Assembly (NCBI GenBank): GCA_964442435.1
Contig: CAYTZG010000003.1
Span: 43,802 to 107,801, forward strand
Length of the DNA stretch: 64,000 bases
Source: an uncultured Bacteroidaceae bacterium
GTDB lineage: Bacteria; Bacteroidota; Bacteroidia; Bacteroidales; P3
Direction: 5' to 3'
Below are positions 28,171 through 36,900 of the stretch, one piece after another. Numbering within the stretch: the first letter of the stretch is position 1; every line of letters starts with the position of its first letter. The notes below the pieces were generated by a model, which was not told where the DNA came from, searched no databases, and saw only the letters and a list, made by a program, of their open reading frames with translations. A program made the translations under genes and the position numbers.

Positions 28171-28422
28171 ATGAAGGCGTTGAAACGATTGGATGATCCG
28201 GTCCTTTCTCCGGAAATACAAGATATGGTTATGAGTAATCGTATCGGGATTATTGCGGCGGAAGTGGCCAAGCGATTGGGAATTATGCCGGCAGAGGCCT
28301 TGGAAATGTTTTATGCGAGCCAAACTTGCGCCGATTTGCATGATAAAGCCACCGGCCTTTATTTATACGGTAATCTCTATGTCGCCGACGAATTCATGCG
28401 GGAATTGGCGGCTATATCATAA
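28171..28422 (+). CDS. Second DUF3791-like small protein (tandem paralog)
   Basis: 83 aa from the ATG at 28171. ..IGIIAAEVAKRLGIMPAEALEMFYASQTCADLHDKATGLYLYGNLYVADEFMREL. Confidence 0.5.
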   Translation: MKALKRLDDPVLSPEIQDMVMSNRIGIIAAEVAKRLGIMPAEALEMFYASQTCADLHDKATGLYLYGNLYVADEFMRELAAIS

Positions 28423-28455
28423 CGTTTAGCCGTTATATCAGAAAACATCAGTATC

Positions 28456-29334
28456 ATGCGGTATTGGTATTTATTTGTGACGCTTTTATTTTGTCTGCCG
28501 GCGAAATCACAGAATGTTTATTTCTATAGGTGTGATTCGCTGTTGGATGTTTATTATGAGACTAAGGATTATGGAGGACTGATTCAAGATTGGCGTCAAA
28601 TCCCGTCGGATTCCATGCCATGTTTGGCACATACGGGCATTTTGCCCATCATGATAGACCGCGGCGATGAAATGTTGTCGCGTCAAACGATTTATCATTT
28701 GATATGTGAATATGGGTTTGATGTCAAGGTGGCTACAGATATTTATCGCGTTAAAGATACTTGGATTGACGGTGCGATAGCGGATTCCTTGTTTCAAGCA
28801 TGGTATGGACGGCAGGGCCGAGAAAGGCTTGAAAATAATCAGGCGGTCAAATCCTTGAGGGAGCGGGAAAAAGCCACTTATCAGTCTTATATGAAAAGCG
28901 ATAGCGGTTATAGGGCAGAAAAATATGACACTTTACAAAGCTGCATAGATTCTGTATTTGAGGATTTAATGGCGATATGTGTTCAGCAGGGATTCTTGCC
29001 GAACATGGAGGCAAATGGCTATGGGAATGACGTTTCCCTGCCGCTGTTTCATATATTGTCCGTGTCGGATACGTGGGCGGATAAATGGTGCCGCATATAT
29101 CCATATATCCGTGCGGCGTTTGAAAAAGGCATGATTTCGAATTCCTATTGTTTCATGTATGATAGGATTTCGTATCAGTGGCAACGGTGTCAGAATTTCG
29201 GCACATTGGGTGATAAAGTGCCTTTGTGTGACTGTATGTGCGGGGAAGATATGACGTTGCTGAAAGCGGCTTATCTCATCCCGCAGGCGTATGGATTCAT
29301 ACAGCGCAATAAGCAGTGGTTGTCGGTTTTTTGA
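28456..29334 (+). CDS. Hypothetical secreted protein
   Basis: 292 aa. Signal peptide MRYWYLFVTLLFCLPAKSQ, AT-rich codon usage, no family recognised. Confidence 0.5.
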   Translation: MRYWYLFVTLLFCLPAKSQNVYFYRCDSLLDVYYETKDYGGLIQDWRQIPSDSMPCLAHTGILPIMIDRGDEMLSRQTIYHLICEYGFDVKVATDIYRVKDTWIDGAIADSLFQAWYGRQGRERLENNQAVKSLREREKATYQSYMKSDSGYRAEKYDTLQSCIDSVFEDLMAICVQQGFLPNMEANGYGNDVSLPLFHILSVSDTWADKWCRIYPYIRAAFEKGMISNSYCFMYDRISYQWQRCQNFGTLGDKVPLCDCMCGEDMTLLKAAYLIPQAYGFIQRNKQWLSVF

Positions 29335-29340
29335 CGGAGA

Positions 29341-29418
29341 TTAGCCCTCGAAATCATCGAAACACCCGTCTTCCTTATATCTGTCGATTTCGCGGCGCTC
29401 CTTCTTGGTGGGGCGGTG
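29341..29418 (-). pseudogene. Orphaned 3' end of an hslR-like gene (displaced by insertion)
   Basis: The minus strand reads RPTKKERREIDRYKEDGCFDDFEG-stop. 29373-29416 matches 30884-30927 (the 3' end of the intact hslR) in 43 of 44 positions. Confidence 0.6.
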
Positions 29419-29420
29419 CA

Positions 29421-30740
29421 TCACATATCATCCATTGACAAATCGTGGTACGTTACTGCATAGCCTTTGAAGGCACCGGTGGCGCACATAAACATTGCCG
29501 CCTTATGCACCAAGGCCGGTCGATCGATGTTTCCGGCCTTGCGTTTCACTTCGAAGAATTCCGCCCGACGGTCCAACTCATTTTCGGCGATGAGGTCGAT
29601 TTCGTTTTCTCCCTTGCGGTCCCACCAGTTTCCGATTCGGGTGTAGCGATGCGTTTCAATCAACATACGTCTGAAATAACGTTCGAGCATCAGGCCGCTG
29701 AACATCTCGTAATCGCGGTTGATGATGGTTTTCAGGCTCTCGAAACTCTCTATCTCGAGCATATAGTTGTATTTGTAGATGAAGCGGAACCAAAAGGTAA
29801 AGAAATTGTCCTCTATTGTATAACGCATGTTCTTGGTGGCGCTTTTTTCGAATAGGGGCTGTCTTTTGGTGATGATTTCGTAGTCTTTCTCCAATTTGGT
29901 GAGGTAGCCGCCTATTTCTTTGCCAACGATATTTTCAATTTCGGAGCGGGTGGTTTTGCCGCGTGCAATGGCGGAAAGTATGGAAAAATAGATGCCATAG
30001 TCTTTTCCGAACTCTTCGATGAGGATGGCTTTGCCTTCCCCTATAAAGACAGAGTCCGCCTTGATGATTTGGTTGAGCATTTTCGTTTTGGTGGTTGCGC
30101 CCGCGTCCATCAGCAGTTGTACGTACTTGGCCACGCCGCCCGTAAATGCGTATAAGGCCAGTAAATCTTCGGACGTGTAGCGGGAGTGGTGGGCCGCTAA
30201 AATGTCTTTCAGTACGGCCGGTGTAAACGGACGTACGGTCATGAAACGGGTCTGACGGTTATACAGCGGCTCTTTTTGATCCTTGAACAGCTTGGTCATC
30301 ATGGAATATATGGAACCACAGACAATCAGATTGATATGTGATTTCGGGCTGTAGAGGTCCCAAAGCCGTTGCATATCGCTGTAAATCGACGGATTGACAC
30401 GGGAAAATTCTTGAAACTCATCGATAAAAAGTGTGAAAGAACGGTCGATGGAGAGTTTCATCAAGTATTCGAAAATTTGGACGAAGCTGGCGGGCGTGCC
30501 GATGGTCGGCAGACCTAACTTGGTTTCGATTTCGAGACGGAAATTCTCGCATAGTTCACCCTCGGCCTTTCGGGCGACGAAAAAGTAAAGCATGGGTTCG
30601 TCCTCGTAGGCTTTCCATATGAGCGATGTTTTCCCGATGCGGCGGCGACCCGTCACCACCGTGAATTGAGCATGTTTTTTGGCCATATTACGGATGTCAC
30701 GTAAGTTGGCTATCTCATCTTTTCTATCAAAAAAATCCAT
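29421..30740 (-). CDS. Orphan AAA+ ATPase with DUF234-like C-terminus (archaeal-ATPase family)
   Basis: 439 aa. FFDRKDEIANLRDI..FTVVTGRRRIGKTSLI (Walker A), LFIDEFQEF (Walker B), and a C-terminal ..IGNWWDRKGENEIDLIA.. nuclease-like DUF234 motif. Confidence 0.75.
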   Translation of the reverse strand: MDFFDRKDEIANLRDIRNMAKKHAQFTVVTGRRRIGKTSLIWKAYEDEPMLYFFVARKAEGELCENFRLEIETKLGLPTIGTPASFVQIFEYLMKLSIDRSFTLFIDEFQEFSRVNPSIYSDMQRLWDLYSPKSHINLIVCGSIYSMMTKLFKDQKEPLYNRQTRFMTVRPFTPAVLKDILAAHHSRYTSEDLLALYAFTGGVAKYVQLLMDAGATTKTKMLNQIIKADSVFIGEGKAILIEEFGKDYGIYFSILSAIARGKTTRSEIENIVGKEIGGYLTKLEKDYEIITKRQPLFEKSATKNMRYTIEDNFFTFWFRFIYKYNYMLEIESFESLKTIINRDYEMFSGLMLERYFRRMLIETHRYTRIGNWWDRKGENEIDLIAENELDRRAEFFEVKRKAGNIDRPALVHKAAMFMCATGAFKGYAVTYHDLSMDDM

Positions 30741-30767
30741 GTTATGAGTATTTTATATAAGAAATAA

Positions 30768-30810
30768 CTATTTCGGAAATATTTGTTTCGGAAATGGCTA
30801 TTTCGTAACA
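30768..30810. repeat. Three direct ~13-bp repeats at 15-bp spacing (CTATTTCGGAAAT-like)
   Basis: ctatttcggaaat, tgtttcggaaat and ctatttcgtaaca. On the minus strand they lie between the TATCTTTG -7 box and the ATPase start codon. Confidence 0.6.
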
Positions 30811-30863
30811 AAGATATAAAAGATTTCCCGAACGGCAAAATCAGGATGGCCCATTGCGGAGGG

Positions 30864-31244
30864 TCAGTCGGTATAATCTTCCCCCTTATATCTGTCGATT
30901 TCCCGGCGCTCCTTCTTGGTGGGGCGGCCGGCGCCACGCTCGCGGTACTCGAAGGCGGAAACGGAGCGCTGGGCCGTGAGTTTGGCCTTTTCCGAGTCGG
31001 GCGTCAGGTCGCAGAGGTATTGGGGTACGAGCGCGGCGCCGACGCGCGAAGGCGGCACGCCCACGGCCTGGTATGTAAACTTGACGCCGTGCTGTTTGAG
31101 GTCGAACCGCTCGCCGATTTTAATCTCCCGCGCCGCCTTGACGGCCTCCTCGTTTATGAAAACGCGGCCGTTGCGGCAGGCCTCCGCCGCCTGAGAGCGC
31201 GTCTTGAAAAGACGGACGGCCCATAGGTATTTGTCGATGCGCAT
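30864..31244 (-). CDS. hslR: Heat-shock protein 15-like RNA-binding S4-domain protein
   Basis: MRIDKYLWAVRLFKTRSQAAEACRNGRVFINEEAVKAAREIKIGE.. is an S4 domain, followed by a basic C-terminal tail. Confidence 0.8.
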   Translation of the reverse strand: MRIDKYLWAVRLFKTRSQAAEACRNGRVFINEEAVKAAREIKIGERFDLKQHGVKFTYQAVGVPPSRVGAALVPQYLCDLTPDSEKAKLTAQRSVSAFEYRERGAGRPTKKERREIDRYKGEDYTD

Positions 31245-31268
31245 GACGATATCCCGTTCAGCCCCTTC

Positions 31269-32363
31269 CTACCGTTGTTTGAAGCCGTCGAAGCCCTGCG
31301 CCTCCAAGCGCATCATCGGCCCGTTTTCCGGCACCATATAGCAGCCCTGCGCGGCCTCCACGATATGCCCGATGATATGGACTTCGGGGCAGTCCTTCAG
31401 CTTGTCGTAGTCTTTCTGCGCAATCGTGAACAGCAGCTCGTAGTCCTCGCCGCCGTTGAGCGCGGCCGTCGTCGGCACGATGTCGAAGATATCCAGCGCC
31501 TTGCAGGTCTCGGCGTCGATGGGGATTTTGTTGTCATAGACCATGCAGCCGCAGTGCGAGCGTTCGCACAGGTGCAGCAGCTCCGACGAAAGGCCGTCCG
31601 AGATGTCGATCATCGACGTCGGCTTCACGCCTTTCTCGGCCAGTAGCTTCACGATGTCGGTACGCGGTTCGGGCTTCAGCTGACGTTCCAGCACATACGA
31701 GAAATCCTGAAAGTCGGGCTGGGCGTTCGGGTTGGAGAGGAACGTCCGCTTCTCGCGTTCGAGGAGCAGCAGCCCGGCGTAGGCGCCGCCCAAGTCGCCC
31801 GACACGCAGATGAGGTCGTGCTCTTTCGCGCCGTCGCGGTAGCAGATGTCCTCCGGCTTGGCCGAGCCGAGCACGGTCACCGAGATGAACAGCCCCGCCG
31901 CCGACGAGGTGGTGTCGCCTCCCACGAGGTCCACGTGATAGCGGTCGCAGGCCAGCCGGATGCCGGTGTAGAGCTCTTCGAGCGCCTCCACGCTGTAGCG
32001 GTTCGAGGCCGCGATGCCGACGAGCACTTGGCGCGGCGTACCGTTCATGGCCGCGATGTCCGACAGGTTGACCGCCACGGCCTTGTAGCCCAAGTGACGC
32101 AGCGGGCAGTACGTCATATCGAAATGCACGCCCTCGCAGAGCAGGTCTTTGGAAACCAGCAGTTTCTCGCCTTCGGGCAGTTGCAGCACGGCCGCGTCGT
32201 CGCCCACGCCCTTGCACGTATAGCCGGCGTTGTGAATCGGGAGGTCGGCCGTCAGGCGGTCGATGAGCGGAAATTCGCCAATGCTGCCGATTTCGGTGCG
32301 GGGGGCCGGTTGCGGGTCTTGCGCCGCCTTTTCGGCCTTCGGTTTTGCGGAAGTCTTAGCCAT
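31269..32363 (-). CDS. thiL: Thiamine-monophosphate kinase
   Basis: ..GVGDDAAVL...L.VSKDLL.EGVHFD...GYKAVAVNLSDIAAMNG.P.., ..GGDTTSS.., ..DISDGL.SEL.HL. AIR-synthase-like fold motifs and an appropriate length. Confidence 0.85.
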   Translation of the reverse strand: MAKTSAKPKAEKAAQDPQPAPRTEIGSIGEFPLIDRLTADLPIHNAGYTCKGVGDDAAVLQLPEGEKLLVSKDLLCEGVHFDMTYCPLRHLGYKAVAVNLSDIAAMNGTPRQVLVGIAASNRYSVEALEELYTGIRLACDRYHVDLVGGDTTSSAAGLFISVTVLGSAKPEDICYRDGAKEHDLICVSGDLGGAYAGLLLLEREKRTFLSNPNAQPDFQDFSYVLERQLKPEPRTDIVKLLAEKGVKPTSMIDISDGLSSELLHLCERSHCGCMVYDNKIPIDAETCKALDIFDIVPTTAALNGGEDYELLFTIAQKDYDKLKDCPEVHIIGHIVEAAQGCYMVPENGPMMRLEAQGFDGFKQR

Positions 32364-32479
32364 ATCGTATAAGTTGTATTTTTGTGTTCAGTCACACTGA
32401 ACAATTATAAAAATAATCTTATTTTCAAAGCGTTAAATCAATCTTCTTAAGTTCAGTCACTCTGCCGTCACATAGAATT

Positions 32480-33931
32480 TTATGCCCAAATTGGAACATA
32501 GTGTGCATATTTTCGTGAGCGGTTTGCATCATCTAATTTTATATAATTGGCATTTACAGTCTCTGATATAATTCGTGAAGCAATAGAATAGTTTTCTGGA
32601 CTAATGGCCAGTCGCCCTCTAAAACTTTCGTTTGTCATTTTTTCTCCAGAAATGTATTGAAGACAGCAATGTTGATAGCAAGCCCTTATTTTGTCTTCTT
32701 TATTCATTTGACGTAAGGTTCTTGGAGAAAACATGGTTATTTTTGTATATAAATCATCCTGCGCAAAATCAGGTGCGGGTAATTGATATATCTCACATTC
32801 TGATAATGCTCGATCAATACCACTTCCCCGTTCTTCACAAAAATTCATTCTTCTCATAGTGTAGGCCAAACGTTCATTTCTGCTGATAGGTGCATGATCT
32901 ATAAAGCGCAGAGTATCAATCAAAGGCTTGCCTGGATTGGTTATTTCCAAACGATTTTTAAAAATTTCAATCATGGGAGATGTGCCTCCAATGGAAAAAT
33001 CTTGATGAATTAACGCATTAGCAACAAATTCGCGTATAGCAATGGGTGGATACATAGGTTTATTTGTTCTTAATGCTTTCCCGATTTCTTCGTTGACAGG
33101 TAAATTTGAATTTATATAATCCGTTAGTTCTTCAAAACCGGTGGCATACCCCTTTATATGAATTTTTTCTTTAATGGTGTTTATTCTGTCGTTTCCTTTA
33201 TAAAAAATTACTCTTACTGCTTTTCGTGATAGATTGCCAAATGTGTTTAGGTCTATGGAAAAAAGAATAGCCCCAAGATTGGTAATGTCATAACAAGATG
33301 GGCGTTTTTCTATAATATGCTCCTCAGATAATTTTTCTAATATTGCATCTTTATTTTCCGGTAGAGGAATGCCTAACAATCTAAATGCAGTAGGATAGTC
33401 AATTAAAGATAAAACATCGTCTGCATTCAATCCTTGTTTTGCGATTTTTGATTCAAAGAAATGATGATGGGTATTTTGCCAAATCTTTCGTTCGCGTTCA
33501 GGGTGGTCAGCAAGTTTTTTTTTGCATGAACCTACCCTTATGTAAGCTGTATTTTTAAATTTGACAGGTGTATTACCAGCTGCATCTATAATAAATATAA
33601 CAATACGTTTGCCTTGGATACATGTTTCGTGGATGGAAAAATCAATGCGAGGGCTTAGTTGAGTGGCTATCCAGTTTTCAATTTCTTGATTTCCAATTTT
33701 TTCTTTTTGTGGATTAAATGTCGTTCCGATAATTGCATGGGTAGTATCATCGAAACCGAAGGCTAAATAACCTGTGGATTGCCCCATGTAAGCTGCCCCA
33801 TTGGATAATGCGGAAATATATTCCCCTATCAATTCGGGTTGATAGTTATCTTTTTTTAGTTCAATCCATTCGCATTCTTTTGGAGAAGCTTGAATGTCTG
33901 ATACAATTGTTTCGAGTTCTTTGTTTCCCAT
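32480..33931 (-). CDS. AlbA_2 (Schlafen-like) + HATPase_c_4-type putative DNA/RNA-binding ATP-binding protein
   Basis: 483 aa. The N-terminus ..ECEWIELKKDNY.PELIGEYISALSNGAAY.. is typical of the divergent AAA/AlbA_2 domain. The central ..REFVANALIHQDF...G..P.IEIF.NRLEI.NPG matches HATPase_c_4. Very AT-rich, with a TATCTTTG -7 box on the minus strand at 33964-33971. Confidence 0.7.
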   Translation of the reverse strand: MGNKELETIVSDIQASPKECEWIELKKDNYQPELIGEYISALSNGAAYMGQSTGYLAFGFDDTTHAIIGTTFNPQKEKIGNQEIENWIATQLSPRIDFSIHETCIQGKRIVIFIIDAAGNTPVKFKNTAYIRVGSCKKKLADHPERERKIWQNTHHHFFESKIAKQGLNADDVLSLIDYPTAFRLLGIPLPENKDAILEKLSEEHIIEKRPSCYDITNLGAILFSIDLNTFGNLSRKAVRVIFYKGNDRINTIKEKIHIKGYATGFEELTDYINSNLPVNEEIGKALRTNKPMYPPIAIREFVANALIHQDFSIGGTSPMIEIFKNRLEITNPGKPLIDTLRFIDHAPISRNERLAYTMRRMNFCEERGSGIDRALSECEIYQLPAPDFAQDDLYTKITMFSPRTLRQMNKEDKIRACYQHCCLQYISGEKMTNESFRGRLAISPENYSIASRIISETVNANYIKLDDANRSRKYAHYVPIWA

Positions 33932-33991
33932 AACCCTAAAAAGTGCGTTTCTTTTGCATAAAGCAAAGATAATGATTTTATTTATTTCCCG

Positions 33992-36900
33992 TTAAAAATC
34001 GGTCGAGAGTGAGAAATAGAACACGGGCTTGTCGTGCACCAAGCCGTTCTCCACGCCCCAGGCAAGGTCAAACCGCATGAAGTAGCCCAGCAGCTGACAG
34101 CGCAGCCCCGCCCCGAAGCCCAGCACAATCGGGTTCGCCTCCTTCTCCAGTTCAATCGTGATTTTGCCGTCCTCTATGGTCTGTTTGTAAAACGGGTTGT
34201 CTTTCGACCACGGGTTCCAGTCGCTCCACGCGCTGCCCACGTCGGCGAACGCCACGAGCTGCAGGTGGCGCAGGAACGACGACTTGACCGGCCCGCGCGA
34301 CAGCACCTGCGCGAACGGGAAGCGGATTTCGCTGTTGATGACGACAAAGCTGTTGCCGTTGCGGATGTTCTGGATAAAGCCGCGCATATTCGTGGCCAGC
34401 GTCTGATAGGCGTAGTTCTGATTCGGGTCGGTCTGCACGTCGCTGTTGAAGCGCGGCAGCAGCCAGCCGTCTATGCCGCCCATGTAATACACGAGCTTCT
34501 GTTGTCCGAACGAGGTCGAGGCCGCGATGCGGTTCGCCCAAATCAGCGTCTTGTACAGCCGTCGGTAGTCGCGGAAATCGACGCCCACCACAAACAGGTT
34601 TTGGTTGTCGTGCACGATGCCCTGATAGTATTCGGCAAACACCTTGCCGCGCGTGCCATAGTATATATTCTGCGTCACGAAGCGCGAGCGGTCATACACC
34701 CATTCCCCCTTGAGCCCCACTTTCAGCTGCTGTTGCATCGGTTCGATAAGGCTGTTCCATTCGTAACTCTTGAACACCGTGCGGTCGTAGCGTGCAAAAA
34801 CGGTACCCTTGATCATGCTCACGGGCGAGAGCGGATATTTCATCACGTAGTAGCCGTTGTAAGTGTTTTGCTTATAAGGCTCCACGTTCATGCTGTTGTC
34901 GTTCCGGTTGATGATGTGGAACACGAACTGGTGGCCGAGGCGCCGTTCCAGATACTCGTAACTCAGCAGGTATTCAAACGTCGTGAAGTCGAACGAGAAG
35001 CTGAAGCCGCCGATAATCCGGTGGTTCTCCATCAGGTCCGACAGCGAGATCTGCGTAAAGCCGTTGACGTCCGAGTTGAGGTAAATGGGCGAGGAGCTGT
35101 TCGTAAACGCCTGATACGTCGTGTTCAGGAAGCTGAAGCCCAACTGCGCCGTCGCCTGGTTGATGGAGAACTCCGGCCGGTACGTGTATTGTTTCGGCGG
35201 CACGCGGGCCGGGACGGAATCCGCGGCCAATTCGGCAGGGGCGGGTTCGGCGGCGGTGTCGGCCGGATTATCGGCCTGACGGTTTTTCCGTTTGTTATTT
35301 TTTTTGACCCGACGGGACGCCGTGGCGCCCGTGGTGTCGGTGGGGGCATCACCCGCCGGGCTTACCCCGCTTGGGGCGACAGGTCCGCCAATGGCGGGCG
35401 CGGCGGAAGTGTCCGCCGCAGGGGTCTGCCGGCGGGCGTCCGCCGTATCGGGCGTGGCGGCGGAGGCTTCCGGCCGAGGCGCTCCGAGGCCGGCCGCCGC
35501 GCGGGCCGCCAGATAGCGGTCAAAGGCCGTCGTATCGCTGCGGTCTTCATAGCGGTCGGCATGGAGTGCGAGCGACTGACGGAGGCGGCCCGTGCCCGGC
35601 GCAGCCGCGCCCGCCGTCACGGCCTGCGCCGTGTCGGCCGCGGCGGCCGCCGCCAGGCTGTCGGCAATGGCTTGCCGCCGTTCCATACGCGCTATTTTGG
35701 CCAAAATTTCGGACTTGAAAGCCGTGGGCGGCGCCAAGGTCGCCGGCGGCAGTTTGGGGTACAGCTCGTCGCGCAGCGACAACAGCGGTTCCACGGCCAG
35801 CACATAGCGGCCGTTCTCCAAGCCGAGGCTCGTATATACGCCCGACTTGGCCGAGGCGTCTATCTCGCGCAGACCGGCCGGCCGGTTGCCGAGCGGCACG
35901 CTCTCAAACGTGCGGCGGTAGTGGATGGCCGTGTCCACGTGGTCCATGACACGCCCGAAGCCGCCCGCCGCCAAGTCGGTCTTGCCGGCCGCGTTCGTCA
36001 GGAACAGCAGCCGGCGGCTGTCGAGCGGGTTGGGCGAGGAGAGGCGGACGCGCTCCTGTTCGTCCGTCATCTGAAACAGCGTGACGCCGCCTTTCTTCAG
36101 GTCGTAGGCAAACAGGTTCGTGCCCTTCTTCATCGAGGGCGCCACTTCGAATTTCTGCCCCTTGCGGAGCGTATCGTCGGGTCGGTTCGACACAAAGACG
36201 AGCAACGACGTGCCGGGGATAAACGTCGGCTCCTTGTCGTCGTAGAGGTCGAACGTCAGCTGCTTGTCGGTGCCGGCCATCAGGTTGTGCAGGAAGATGT
36301 CCGACTGGCCGTTGCTTGAGGCCGCTATCGCGATGCTGCGGCCGTCGGGCGAGAAGCTGAACGACGTTATTTTCTCGAAATAGTCCAGATAATAGCGGCG
36401 GATGTCCTTGCGCTTCTTCTCCAAGTCGTAGATGAGGAGCGTCGTGCGGCCCTTCTCCTCCGTGATGATGCCCAAGGCGTGGCCGTTGGGGTGCCAGGCC
36501 AGCACGGGAAACGAGTAGTCGGGCATGTCGTTCACGGCCGCTCCCGTCCTATAGACGCACCGCCGCCGCGACGGGTTCAGGCTCTGTATATACACTTTGG
36601 CGCGCCCCAACCAGTTGGATGTAAAGGCCAATTCGCCTCCGTTGTGGCGGTCTGAAGCCGTTTCACGGCCTGCGGTGGCGCGGCTGTCCGCCCCACCGTC
36701 CTGCCCGTTGCGCCGCGCCGCCGCGCGCGCCAGCCCCTCCTGCGAGGCCGTCAGCGCGCTGTCGCGCCACACCGCCCCCGGGTTCACCGTAAACCGGCTG
36801 TAAACCGTTTCGGGCTTGTTCGTGCGTTTCAGCACCGCATGATGGCTCACGCTGTCGCGCTTCAGCCCCGCCTCCCGTTCCGCATAAAACGCGCGGAAGC

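Noticed and set aside
32386-32402. Palindrome gttcagt-cac-actgaac as the terminator of the AlbA_2-type gene
   Set aside because: It is not followed by a T-tract on either strand and the stem is short, so it is mentioned only as flank context.
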